This document shows, piece after piece, positions 1-8,586 of a DNA stretch of 64,000 nucleotides. Below the pieces are notes generated by a model. That model saw nothing but the letters and a program-made list of their open reading frames with translations. It did no database searches and was not told where the DNA came from. The position numbers and the translations under genes are program-made. The stretch's first letter is position 1, and each line of letters begins with the position of its first letter. Source of the stretch: an uncultured Chloroflexia bacterium (GTDB lineage Bacteria; Chloroflexota; Limnocylindria; Limnocylindrales; CSP1-4); NCBI GenBank assembly GCA_963768655.1, contig CAVYIM010000004.1, positions 244,761-308,760 of the forward strand. Direction: 5' to 3'.

Positions 1-15
1 GCCGAGCGTCGGTCC

Positions 16-103
16 GGCCGGAGAATCGTCGAGCCCCTCGGCTAGAGGGGCTCTTCGCGAGGAACTTGGCGACTTGGAGCGGGAGACGGGACTCGAACCC
101 GCG
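16..103. repeat. Direct repeat copy 1 (att-like). It holds a partial 3' end of tRNA-Gly (29 nt, acceptor/T-arm) plus about 59 bp of downstream sequence including a GC hairpin.
   Basis: About 88 bp at roughly 89% identity to 9559-9646. It contains the tRNA 3' motif tggagcgggagacgggactcgaacccgcg (reverse strand) and the hairpin gagcccctc-ggcta-gaggggctc. Confidence 0.7.
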
Positions 104-250
104 GTCGCCATCCAAGAGCCGGTGCAGTGGGAGCCAAGGTCAGCCATGTATCGTCGACGGCCAGGGTGCCATTGCGCTTCATCGCCGAAACGGAGCCTAT
201 CGGCGAAGGACCGTAACTGTTACAGGGTCCATCGCGGTGGTAGAACGTTG

Positions 251-264
251 ACCTTCTAGAAGGT
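251..264. promoter_or_regulatory. Perfect 14-bp palindrome ACCTTCTAGAAGGT just upstream of the HigB/HigA-like operon; a candidate antitoxin operator
   Basis: accttctagaaggt equals its own reverse complement. It ends about 10 bp before the GTG start at 275. Confidence 0.45.
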
Positions 265-274
265 TAGGCTTATA

Positions 275-622
275 GTGTGGGAGATCGAAGGCACGGACCA
301 GTTCGCTGACTGGTTCGGCCAACTGAGCAGAAGCGACAAAGTAAGAGTCGAGGCCGCGATCGAGCGGCTCGAAGAAGAGGGTCCCGGCCTGGGTCGCCCG
401 TGGGTGGACAGTCTCGTCGGGACGAAGGTCAAAGAACTCAGACCACGCGGCGGATATCTCCGGATCTTGTTCCGCTTCGACCCTCGGAAGACCGGCATCC
501 TCCTGATGGCAGGAAACAAGGAAGGCCTCTGGGACCAGTGGTACAAGACCGCAATCCCTGAAGCCGAGAGGCTCTACGAAGACTACGTCGCCGAGCTGCG
601 GAAAGAAGGACACCTGAAATGA
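275..622 (+). CDS. Type II toxin, RelE/ParE superfamily (HigB/Gp49-like), GTG start
   Basis: The N-terminus MWEIEGTDQFADWFGQLS matches the typical M-W-x-I-x-x-T-x-x-F-x-x-W start of Gp49/HigB-like toxins. It overlaps the downstream HTH antitoxin by 4 nt. Confidence 0.7.
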   Translation: MWEIEGTDQFADWFGQLSRSDKVRVEAAIERLEEEGPGLGRPWVDSLVGTKVKELRPRGGYLRILFRFDPRKTGILLMAGNKEGLWDQWYKTAIPEAERLYEDYVAELRKEGHLK

Positions 623-960
623 CGGCGAGCAGGTTTCGGACGATGCGGGAGGAGATGCTCGCCGACCCTTCCTTCCGGGCGGAGGTCGCTCGGGAGAAGG
701 CCATCATGGCTGAGATCGACCTTTCCGCCGCGCGTCAGGCCAGCGGCATGACCCAGGAGGCCGTGGCGGCCGAGATGGGCAAATCGCAGGAGAACGTTTC
801 CCGGATCGAGCGCCAGCGCGACGTGCGCGTCTCCACCCTGGCGCAGTTCATCCAGGCTCAGGGCGGTGAGCTGGAGATCAACGCCGTCTTCTCAGGCCGG
901 CGGGTGAGCCTGATGAGGGCTGCAGGCGCGGCATCCAAGCCAAGCCGCCAGCGCGCCTAG
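619..960 (+). CDS. HTH-XRE family antitoxin (HigA-like)
   Basis: HTH segment GMTQEAVAAEMGKSQENVSRIER. It is translationally coupled (ATGA overlap) to the upstream toxin. Confidence 0.7.
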   Translation: MTASRFRTMREEMLADPSFRAEVAREKAIMAEIDLSAARQASGMTQEAVAAEMGKSQENVSRIERQRDVRVSTLAQFIQAQGGELEINAVFSGRRVSLMRAAGAASKPSRQRA

Positions 961-1016
961 TTCAGTCGATAGCTCAGCTGGGGGACGTCGCCGCCGGTCG
1001 CCTGACCGTAGGCGCC

Positions 1017-1904
1017 TCATGACCGCCATCCTCCGTCTCCGGGGTTCCAGGTGGCGGACGCGACCTCGCCGGAGAGGACCGGGTCCAGCATTCGAGCCGC
1101 AACAGCGTGCCCCGCGCCAAGATCCGGGTCGAGTCCGATATCGCGGGCCATTCGGGCATAGGGCACGCGCCAGTCGGCCGGCGGGTCCGGCAGCGCCGCC
1201 GGCAGAGGTTGGCCGGCGCGACGCGCGAATGTGCGGTCCATGGCGATGCGAAGAAGGGCGGCGTCAGGCGTTCCTTCGGTCGCGATCAGGGCCAGGTCGA
1301 CGAGATCCTTGACGCGCGTGCTCGGCGTTCGATCGCCGTATCCGCGTGTGTAGGCGTGGACCTTCTCGGCGATCTGGAACTCGAGCGGCACCGCCGCGAC
1401 CTCGACGGGTACCAGGTCAGCGAAGGCGAGCAGGTCGGGTCCGCGCAGGCGCGCGAGCTCGACATCGGTGGGCGGGTCGAAACCCACGTCGAGGACGAAC
1501 TCGTCGAAGGTGCGGCCGGCCAGCTCGGCGACGACGTGATAGCGAACGGCGGCACCATCACGAAGCCGGTCCAGAGCGCTCGTACGCTCGATGGCGAAGC
1601 CGAAGAAGTCGCCGAGATCGACCGCCTGAGCTGCCAGCAGGGCCGTCGTCGCCGAGGCTTCGTCGCCGGCAGTCGCCAGATCGATGTCTCTAGTCGTCCG
1701 GGCGTGGCTGCCGAACCGGTAATCCAGCGCGAGCGCGCCCTTGAGCAGCCAGCGATCCGGCGCCGTTGCCACCAGTCGGGCAAGCAGTCGATCGAACGCG
1801 ACCTCCTTGCGCAGGCGGACAGTCGAACGGCCGGTTTCCTGGCTGAGCGCAGGCAGCTGCCTCTCCAGTGCCTGGCGGAAGTCCGGCGCGGATCTGTACT
1901 TCAT
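1017..1904 (-). CDS. Nucleotidyltransferase AbiEii/AbiGii toxin family (type IV TA / abortive infection)
   Basis: 295 aa with an NTase-like motif (R-x-T-R-D-I-D-L) and DUF1814-like organisation. It overlaps the upstream AbiEi-like gene by 4 nt. Confidence 0.65.
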   Translation of the reverse strand: MKYRSAPDFRQALERQLPALSQETGRSTVRLRKEVAFDRLLARLVATAPDRWLLKGALALDYRFGSHARTTRDIDLATAGDEASATTALLAAQAVDLGDFFGFAIERTSALDRLRDGAAVRYHVVAELAGRTFDEFVLDVGFDPPTDVELARLRGPDLLAFADLVPVEVAAVPLEFQIAEKVHAYTRGYGDRTPSTRVKDLVDLALIATEGTPDAALLRIAMDRTFARRAGQPLPAALPDPPADWRVPYARMARDIGLDPDLGAGHAVAARMLDPVLSGEVASATWNPGDGGWRS

Positions 1905-2509
1905 GTCGCGCGGTCCGTCCGTGCCCGGTCGATGAGGCGCTGGACTCGTCGACCCCGCGTTTGGGCAGCGTCCCGCAGTCGGGAGGACGTTGTCAGGCTT
2001 CGATCGAGCGCGCTATGCACTGCCGCGACGACCTGGTCCGGTGCGACCCCGACTTCGGCGACGTCCACGATCGTGCGCTCCGGTCCGGTGACCCGAACGC
2101 CCTTGCGCGAGACGACGTCCGCTTCGGCGAGAGGCCGGGTCGTCGTGTGAATGACGACGCCGGGCTGGTTCACCAGCCTTCGGCGGATCCGCGGCACCGT
2201 GAGATGCACGGCGTCTGCGATGACGTCGGAGAGCCCCAGGAGCGCGAGTGCCGATTCGTGCGAGACAACGGCGTCGGGTGCTTGGCGTAGCCAGGCGGCG
2301 ACGATCTCCTCGTGGGTCTCGTGCGGGTAGTCACGCAGACGGTACAGGCCCCTGGCCACGCGCAGGAAGCGCCCGCTCTTGGCATGGTGTGTGAGCAGCG
2401 CCGAACTGAAGCCGCACGCCTGGGCCTGGGACGTCGTGAAGTAGCCAGCCTGCGCGCTAGCTATGGCGAAGAGCGCGCCGTGGTCAGTGGTAGGCAGTGT
2501 GTCGTTCAC
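1901..2509 (-). CDS. AbiEi-family antitoxin / transcriptional regulator
   Basis: The N-terminal winged-helix region QAGYFTTSQAQACGFSSALLTHHAKSGRFLRVARGLYRL is typical of the AbiEi_4 domain. It is coupled to the AbiEii gene. Confidence 0.6.
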   Translation of the reverse strand: MNDTLPTTDHGALFAIASAQAGYFTTSQAQACGFSSALLTHHAKSGRFLRVARGLYRLRDYPHETHEEIVAAWLRQAPDAVVSHESALALLGLSDVIADAVHLTVPRIRRRLVNQPGVVIHTTTRPLAEADVVSRKGVRVTGPERTIVDVAEVGVAPDQVVAAVHSALDRSLTTSSRLRDAAQTRGRRVQRLIDRARTDRAT

Positions 2510-2591
2510 ATCCTAGATGATACTTAGTAAGTCAACGACATGATTGAGGGTGCTGGTTGCGCGATCTTTGATCCAGGGCGGCGGCCTCTTG

Positions 2592-3632
2592 CTACCGCGC
2601 CCGAGTGTGGTCCAGTCTGGATTCGATCAACGGCATCATGTCTCGTGACGCCTTGATGATTTCGTCCGGGACACCGAGTGCCTTGACGAGATCGTTTGCC
2701 ATCTTGATCGGCCGGCGTTCGAGTGGTTCCGTCCGCCCTTCTTCAAGTTGGCGTTTCGCGCCCAGAAGCTGATGAATCTCGTCCAGGTGGAAGAACACCT
2801 TCAGGGAGTTTGCCTCGGTCCCGTACCGGATGCTGCGACCGTGCAGGATCAAATGCCGGTTCAGCCGAGGTGACAAGTTGGACGTCATACCGAAGTCGAT
2901 CTTGCTATAGAGCCCCAAGAGCGACTCGATCGCTACCTCGAGCTCGATCTCCTCGAGACCGTCGAAGATGTCGCGGAGTGGCTCGAGCCCGGTGACCACC
3001 TTCATCCGACCGCCGAGTCCGAAGCCGTCCGCAATGACGCCTTCGATGCACGGCATCAAAGTGGGGATGCTCACGCGGTACCGACCGGCCAAGTGATCGG
3101 CCAGGGCATCTCGAATGATCAAGCGGCGCGTGTGCAGGGCCGGCTCGTCCGACCAAGAATTGACCATTCGCCGCAGGGCGCGGCCTCCATAGGCGCGACA
3201 TGAGCGACAGATCTCGTCAGCCAGTGCACGACGGCCGAGAGTGCGAGCCAGCAGGTCATACCGCTGAAGCTGCTCGTCATTCCAGCTAGATAACGCCCAC
3301 CACCCCTTGGCTCTGAGAACCTCATCGGCACGCGTGTATTGAGCGTTGAGGTGTTCGGCGTAGGCGACTGCGGCGACCTGCGAAATAGCGAGCAATCCTC
3401 GACCTATCGCCGGTGCCGCGGCTTTGACGGCCGCGTCCAGCTTCCGGATCGACTCGGATGTCCGACGCTGCGCCGATGCGACGAGCACCGAAGCTCGATC
3501 CGAGAAGCGCTGCCAGGCGCGAACGGCAGCCTGACCCGTCGATCGAAGAGTGGCGGCTTCGCGCGGGGACCGACTCTGGACAAGGTCGCTAGCCCAGTCT
3601 CGAGCGAAGTCCTCGTCGCCTTGATGCTCCAT
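2592..3632 (-). CDS. Hypothetical protein (346 aa) with a candidate HEPN-like Rx4HG motif (NRHLILHGRS); possible Abi_2/AbiD-F-like effector
   Basis: No other recognisable domain. The size and motif are compatible with the HEPN/Abi_2 family. It sits 49 bp downstream of an AbiEii-like NTase on the same strand. Confidence 0.3.
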   Translation of the reverse strand: MEHQGDEDFARDWASDLVQSRSPREAATLRSTGQAAVRAWQRFSDRASVLVASAQRRTSESIRKLDAAVKAAAPAIGRGLLAISQVAAVAYAEHLNAQYTRADEVLRAKGWWALSSWNDEQLQRYDLLARTLGRRALADEICRSCRAYGGRALRRMVNSWSDEPALHTRRLIIRDALADHLAGRYRVSIPTLMPCIEGVIADGFGLGGRMKVVTGLEPLRDIFDGLEEIELEVAIESLLGLYSKIDFGMTSNLSPRLNRHLILHGRSIRYGTEANSLKVFFHLDEIHQLLGAKRQLEEGRTEPLERRPIKMANDLVKALGVPDEIIKASRDMMPLIESRLDHTRAR

Positions 3633-3680
3633 GACGCCCTCTCATTCTGACCCCGGGATCCCAGGGTGAAATCGATCCGG

Positions 3681-4400
3681 TTACGGCGAAGCGAGACGGC
3701 TGAGCGCGATGATGCCGTCCGTGGCGCCCGCGATTCCGCGCCACGCCCCGTTCGCCGGATCAAGCAGCTGCTCATGAGTGCGCAGGTAGCCGCGTTCCTT
3801 CGCGGTCAGCTCGGAGCGCATGCCCTCGATGTTCGAAACGAGCGCCAGAAGCCGGGCAAGGTCCCGCAGGTGCTTGGCATTCGAACTGCTCGACGCAGCC
3901 CGAGCCTTGATCACAAGGGCGCCCGCGAGGGTCGGCACCGGAAGCTTGAACAAATCGCCGAGGACGTCGATCGTCACCTCACGCCGGCGATGCAGCGCCT
4001 GCGTACCTCCGACGGTTTCCAGGGTGGTGCCTGGGGGCGAAGTGGTCAGGTCTGCCCGAGGCCCGAGATTCTCCGGTGCGAGCACGTCCACGACGTCGTC
4101 GCCGCGGACGAAGCGGTAGCTCAGCCCGTCGTTGGTCAGCTTTGCGGTGAACCCGACCTCCTCCAGCCGCCGAGCGGCCTCTTGGGTCGCGCCGGTGAGC
4201 GCCCGGACGTCCATGAGCGCGTCCACATCCCGAGTCGCGCGCCCCGTTCGGCCTCCGTGCTCGCGTTCCAGAAGCGTGACCATCTGGCCGCCGATTAGGA
4301 CCCAGGGCAGCCCGGCGAGGAGATCGGCGATCTCGTGCGTGACTCGCCAGAGCCGCTCCTCTGCGTCGTCGCCGGGGACAATGACGATTGGGCGCTCCAT
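3681..4400 (-). CDS. AbiEii-like nucleotidyltransferase (second copy, 239 aa)
   Basis: Motif LIGGQMV...RATRDVDAL (GG...R-x-T-R-D-h-D). It overlaps the upstream HTH gene by 1 nt. Confidence 0.5.
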   Translation of the reverse strand: MERPIVIVPGDDAEERLWRVTHEIADLLAGLPWVLIGGQMVTLLEREHGGRTGRATRDVDALMDVRALTGATQEAARRLEEVGFTAKLTNDGLSYRFVRGDDVVDVLAPENLGPRADLTTSPPGTTLETVGGTQALHRRREVTIDVLGDLFKLPVPTLAGALVIKARAASSSSNAKHLRDLARLLALVSNIEGMRSELTAKERGYLRTHEQLLDPANGAWRGIAGATDGIIALSRLASP

Positions 4401-5080
4401 CAGCGCTGATACCGTTTCAACAGCTGCCTCGCAGCTTCCTGTGAACGCGGGTCGACGTCGTCGGCCAGGTCGATGGCCACGACCGAGGCGGGCGCAAATG
4501 GGCGAGCGGGCCAGTCGGGCGTGAGCGCTGGCGTCGTGCGCAGCGTGAGGTTGGGCTGCTGGCCCTCGAGCAGCTTGTACTTGTCGACCAGGGCGTCGAG
4601 GCGCTCATTCGTGAGGTACGCGTCGAACTCGTCGGCCGGCATCAGATCCAGGCCAACGTCTGGCGCGGCCGATACTCCCGTGCGCATGAGTCCGGGCTCG
4701 CGTCGGATCCGCGCGAGGTCCGATGGGTGGGAGCGGAACTGCCGAGGTTGGGCGCGCGTCACCAGCCGCGGGCGCAGCGAGGCAAGGTCGTGGTGGACCA
4801 TGAAATTCCGGAGCTTGGCGCGGGACACCGGGTCGAGCCAGGAAGCATCGAGGCCGTCGAGCAGGAATAGCAGACCCCACGCCCGCTGCGGCGAGAAGCG
4901 GCGACCATCCAGGGTTCCGAGCTTTGCTCGGCGATCTACGCTCGCTGCGTCTATCAGCAGAACGCGCCCGAGGTGCCGCGCCACGAGTTCACCGGATGCG
5001 ATCAGCGTGCGCACGCGACCGGCCGTCACTCCGAGTCGAGCGGCAGCCTCAGGGACCGAAAGGGCCCTTTCCTCAACCAT
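4400..5080 (-). CDS. HTH DNA-binding protein (excisionase/MerR-like HTH at N-terminus). Putative antitoxin/regulator partner of the downstream NTase.
   Basis: N-terminus LSVPEAAARLGVTAGRVRTLIASGELVA. It overlaps the NTase gene. Confidence 0.5.
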   Translation of the reverse strand: MVEERALSVPEAAARLGVTAGRVRTLIASGELVARHLGRVLLIDAASVDRRAKLGTLDGRRFSPQRAWGLLFLLDGLDASWLDPVSRAKLRNFMVHHDLASLRPRLVTRAQPRQFRSHPSDLARIRREPGLMRTGVSAAPDVGLDLMPADEFDAYLTNERLDALVDKYKLLEGQQPNLTLRTTPALTPDWPARPFAPASVVAIDLADDVDPRSQEAARQLLKRYQR

Positions 5081-5322
5081 GGTGATAACAGCATAGTTGA
5101 GGAAATGGCTACGTCAAGGGCAACGCGCGACAAGGTCCTTCTGGGCGAGCGGGTGTGGCAACGTTCTGGCTCGGCTAGAGTCTCCTAGTCGGAACCTGAG
5201 CGCGGGGCCTGCGTTCCCGCCGACCCCGCTGCCACCTCGGCACCGCCTCGATGTGGCGGCCTCAGGAGTTGCAGGGTCATGTTGGCCCTTTGGCATGGCG
5301 GGAGCAATAGGGGGATTCGCGG

Positions 5323-6207
5323 ATGACGACGATTGCATGCTGGTTCGGCGCGGACACGCACGGTCCTGCATCTCTCTACATCGCCTCTGACAGCCGCATC
5401 AGCTGGAGTGCGCCCGGGGCAGTCGATGATCCAGCACGGCCGCGACTGATGTGGGATCAGGGGCGAAAGGTATTCGCCTGTCATGAGCAGCCTCACATCT
5501 TCGGCTACTACGGCAACGTGGTGTTCCCGGCGCTCGCTATTCCTTCGGTTTGCGAGCTCATCGACCGCAGGCTCCTGCCGTCCACGACCAATCCAACGCG
5601 CTGGCACCTTCAGGTGAAGAAGACATTCGATGGATTGTTCTCCGACTATCCGCGCGATGCGATGACGACCTGCGGGATCATCCACGGACTCAGAATTGGA
5701 GCGGGAACCTCTTGCACATTCAGCCTGGCGGTGTTGACGTGGAAACCCGGACAGGAGCGATTTGAGATCAAGCGGGTCTCGATTTCCGGAACGAAGTCGG
5801 GGATCTTGGTTCTCGAGGGCACCGGGAGCCGTGCTGTTCAGGACATGCGTGTGGAGTGGTCGAAGAGCGCGCATCGCGACACATCGCGGGCCGAGTTCAG
5901 TGCGTTCTGTGACGGGCTACGCTCAGCGCGGGACCCGAACACAGGAGGAGCCCCTCAGCTCGCGGGTCTATATCGGATTGGCCCCGGACGGCCGTTTGGG
6001 GTTGTGTGGAGAGGACAGGCGACCGTGGCTGGCCGCCGAAGGATATCCTTGGAAGATCGGGCGGCCGGACGGCAGGTGATTGGTTGGCACAACGAGCTGT
6101 TCGAGATCGCGGACCGGGACACGAGGAGGCGGCGCCCTGGCGCTCAGCGGCACGGACGGCCAGCGCTTGAGCCCTCAGGACCGGCGGGGGACGATGGGCC
6201 GGCATAG
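5323..6207 (+). CDS. Hypothetical protein with a proteasome-beta/HslV-like Ntn-hydrolase N-terminal domain (Thr2 as the putative N-terminal nucleophile)
   Basis: MTTIACWFGADTHGPASLYIASDSRIS parallels proteasome-beta TTIVG...VLAADTRAT. A downstream Lys (QGRKVF), a GYYGN turn and LVLEGTGS (compare AiGSGS) match conserved proteasome positions. About 110 aa of C-terminal extension. Confidence 0.45.
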   Translation: MTTIACWFGADTHGPASLYIASDSRISWSAPGAVDDPARPRLMWDQGRKVFACHEQPHIFGYYGNVVFPALAIPSVCELIDRRLLPSTTNPTRWHLQVKKTFDGLFSDYPRDAMTTCGIIHGLRIGAGTSCTFSLAVLTWKPGQERFEIKRVSISGTKSGILVLEGTGSRAVQDMRVEWSKSAHRDTSRAEFSAFCDGLRSARDPNTGGAPQLAGLYRIGPGRPFGVVWRGQATVAGRRRISLEDRAAGRQVIGWHNELFEIADRDTRRRRPGAQRHGRPALEPSGPAGDDGPA

Positions 6208-6255
6208 CCTGCACCCCGCGGCAAAGCTTGGGGGGTCCGTCTATCGGGGTCAGGG

Positions 6256-8520
6256 CTACTTCGTTTTCACAGCGTCGAACGCGGCTCGCTCGAACGAGGA
6301 GAGCTCGAACGAGACGGGCTTGAGGTAGGCTGCCCACACGATTCGCGGCAAACCGCCTTTGCGCCTGGACTGGCAGACCACGACAATCGTCGGATCTGAC
6401 GGCTCCCGAGGCATGTCGCGAATAGCATCCCTCGGGTTGACATCTGGACCTATGCCGAGGATGACCAGGCGGCCGAATTCAAGCGGGATCCGTTTGTTTC
6501 GAGTTGCTGCCTCCCGAGCCACCTCGGCGGCGTTTGTGGATACCGCCGCAAGCTCGGGGATCGAAAGGTCGATACAGGCTCCGGCGGCTTCACGCCAGCC
6601 CTCGGGACGGTCCGACGACAGCGCTTGAACGAAGCTCCCGAGCGGCTCGGGGAGGAACTTCCGTGGCTTCTTCATCTTGGGGCCGCGCCCCGCGAGCCCG
6701 TCATAGTACGCGTCGAAGTCGGTGCTGGAATTCGCGATCATCACCTTCCCGCCGTCGTGCAAAATGCCGAACCGCTCGCACAGCAAGTAGGACGCCCAGA
6801 GGTCGATCTCGTCGCTGACCTCCACGTCGCTGCCGAGGGGCAGGCGGTTTCGCCAAACGAGGTAATGGAGAAAGATCGCCGCGTTGTCGCACGTCTCGGC
6901 GATCACACGAAGATCGTTGATGTATACGGACCAAGGCAGCTCCTGCTCCGGGAGCAAGCCGAGCGATCGGAGGTGCCCAAGCTGGGAGGCGTGCCCTGCG
7001 AGCTCGTGCAGGGTGGGGTTCACGATGATTACAGTCGAGACCGATCCCGATGGGATCCTAAGAATCTCGGCGCCCTTCTCATCGGTGAACACGGAGTCGC
7101 CGTCGCGCAGAAGGTAGGCTCGGGCACGAGCGCCCTGCTCCCAGGCAGCCTCGACGGCGGCCTCTATGTCGCTCTTGAGGCGACGAACATCGCCAAGTTG
7201 CCCTTGGACGCTAAGGGGCGACGCTTTGCCCTCGACGACGAGAGCGACGTCATCGAAGAGGACTAGCCCATCCAGTTCGGCGCCCTCATAGAACAGGTTG
7301 GTCTTCGCCATCGCCCCGGGCAGGAGCTCAGCAAGGTAACCAACTGCTAGCCGGTCGAGTGTCTTGGCTCGCTGCTGTGAGAACGCCGTCTTGCCTGCTA
7401 GGAGTTCTGACTCAAAGAGGGCTGGCACGTCTCGCTCGAGTGCGCCCGGGATTGTGAGGAGGTAGTCTCCGTTGAGTTCGAGGAATGGCCTGGTCCGGAG
7501 GGGGCTCTCGTCGAACAGGCCCGAGTATCGGTCGCCGGCAAGGCTGCCAACTGACACCGATAGCCCGTCGAGTACGGCTTGAACACGATCGATGGACGGG
7601 GATTTTCGAGTGGCCGCGATCTCCGCTGCCGTGACCGTCATGGCACCGCGAATGCCTGCCTCCATGACGCCGACGACGGCCATCATCCCCTTCGCCACCG
7701 CCTCCGGATCTCCCCTGGGCGCCTGACCCAAGACCACATTGGCTTTGGCTTCACCGGCTTGGCCTAGCTTGTTCATCTTCATGTTCATCAGTCCAGCGAC
7801 GGCGTCGCCGACCTGCAACACGTCTTCAATCGTGAAACCGTAGGTGGCCAAGAGCCATTCGTTGTGCGGTCCGTAGAGCGCCACGGCCAGGTCACGGCCA
7901 TGGGCGGCGAAGCTCGAGCCCCGGACCGTCATCCACCTCATGGCCCCACCGAACTTGAGACGTGCTATCTCCGGATCTTCTCCTGGATCTTCTGTAAGGT
8001 TGAGCAAGAGAATGACTTCGACAATATGGTCAAGCTCATCGAAGACGGCCTGCATGTGTTTGGCTGTGGGGGGCTCCAGCGTTTTGGCTAGCGGCTGGGT
8101 TGCCAAGAGGCCGCTCACCAGTTCGATCTTGGCTTCGCTTCCTTCGTGCGTTGGTTCGAAGTAGCCTCCCCACGGAGTGAAGAGGTTTAGGGACTGCACG
8201 GTGGCGGTTATGTGGAGCGGGTCCCCTGTCCTCAGAAGACTTCGCAGCTTCGCGATAGCCTCCGCGAGCTCAGTTCGAAACCCCTTGTGGGCTTCGGGAG
8301 CAAGCTTCATGAGTTCGGCATGCTCTTCCGGCGTTAATGCGCTCTTGGTGACCAAGTAGCCGCCCTGGAGTTGGTCCTCGATGACGCGTGACAGAAGCTG
8401 CGAGAACCGGTCGCCGCGCTTTGAGAATCCGGACGCGAGCTGATCATGTTTGGCCTCGAGTGCCGCCAGTGGACTCGGGTTGTGCGGCCTCGTGATCCTG
8501 CTTCTTCCCCTCTTCGACAT
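6256..8520 (-). CDS. Large hypothetical protein (754 aa) with a candidate PD-(D/E)xK nuclease-like motif (LVLFDDVALVVEGK)
   Basis: No P-loop or other obvious domain. The D...ExK pattern in a hydrophobic beta-strand context lies mid-protein. It sits 67 bp downstream of the integrase on the same strand. Confidence 0.3.
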   Translation of the reverse strand: MSKRGRSRITRPHNPSPLAALEAKHDQLASGFSKRGDRFSQLLSRVIEDQLQGGYLVTKSALTPEEHAELMKLAPEAHKGFRTELAEAIAKLRSLLRTGDPLHITATVQSLNLFTPWGGYFEPTHEGSEAKIELVSGLLATQPLAKTLEPPTAKHMQAVFDELDHIVEVILLLNLTEDPGEDPEIARLKFGGAMRWMTVRGSSFAAHGRDLAVALYGPHNEWLLATYGFTIEDVLQVGDAVAGLMNMKMNKLGQAGEAKANVVLGQAPRGDPEAVAKGMMAVVGVMEAGIRGAMTVTAAEIAATRKSPSIDRVQAVLDGLSVSVGSLAGDRYSGLFDESPLRTRPFLELNGDYLLTIPGALERDVPALFESELLAGKTAFSQQRAKTLDRLAVGYLAELLPGAMAKTNLFYEGAELDGLVLFDDVALVVEGKASPLSVQGQLGDVRRLKSDIEAAVEAAWEQGARARAYLLRDGDSVFTDEKGAEILRIPSGSVSTVIIVNPTLHELAGHASQLGHLRSLGLLPEQELPWSVYINDLRVIAETCDNAAIFLHYLVWRNRLPLGSDVEVSDEIDLWASYLLCERFGILHDGGKVMIANSSTDFDAYYDGLAGRGPKMKKPRKFLPEPLGSFVQALSSDRPEGWREAAGACIDLSIPELAAVSTNAAEVAREAATRNKRIPLEFGRLVILGIGPDVNPRDAIRDMPREPSDPTIVVVCQSRRKGGLPRIVWAAYLKPVSFELSSFERAAFDAVKTK

Positions 8521-8586
8521 ACCGTGAGTCTAGGGTTCTGTGATCGCGCGGTACAGGGCTCACCAGGCCTATCGGCCGATAGGCGA

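Noticed and set aside
66-150. Apparent second tRNA gene near the start of the window
   Set aside because: Only the 3' acceptor/T-arm (~29 nt) matches tRNA-Gly. Upstream sequence does not form D or anticodon arms. It is the partial copy in the island's direct repeat, not a functional tRNA.
271-276. TATAGT as the -10 box of the HigB-like gene, with TTGACC at 248-253
   Set aside because: The hexamer overlaps the GTG start codon. The TTGACC to TATAGT spacer (17 bp) looks ideal, but it would put the transcription start inside the ORF, so the palindrome was annotated instead and the promoter left unassigned.
1107-2150. Long antisense/overprinted ORFs throughout the track (for example 1107-2150+, 9738-10751+, 10921-11907-, 15358-16683-, 17312-18442+, 19101-21068-, 26525-27517-, 36793-37755-, 61680-63050-)
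   Set aside because: They are Arg/Pro/Ala/Gly-rich low-complexity translations typical of the off-frames of 70% GC coding DNA. Each overlaps a gene with clear family motifs on the other strand or frame.
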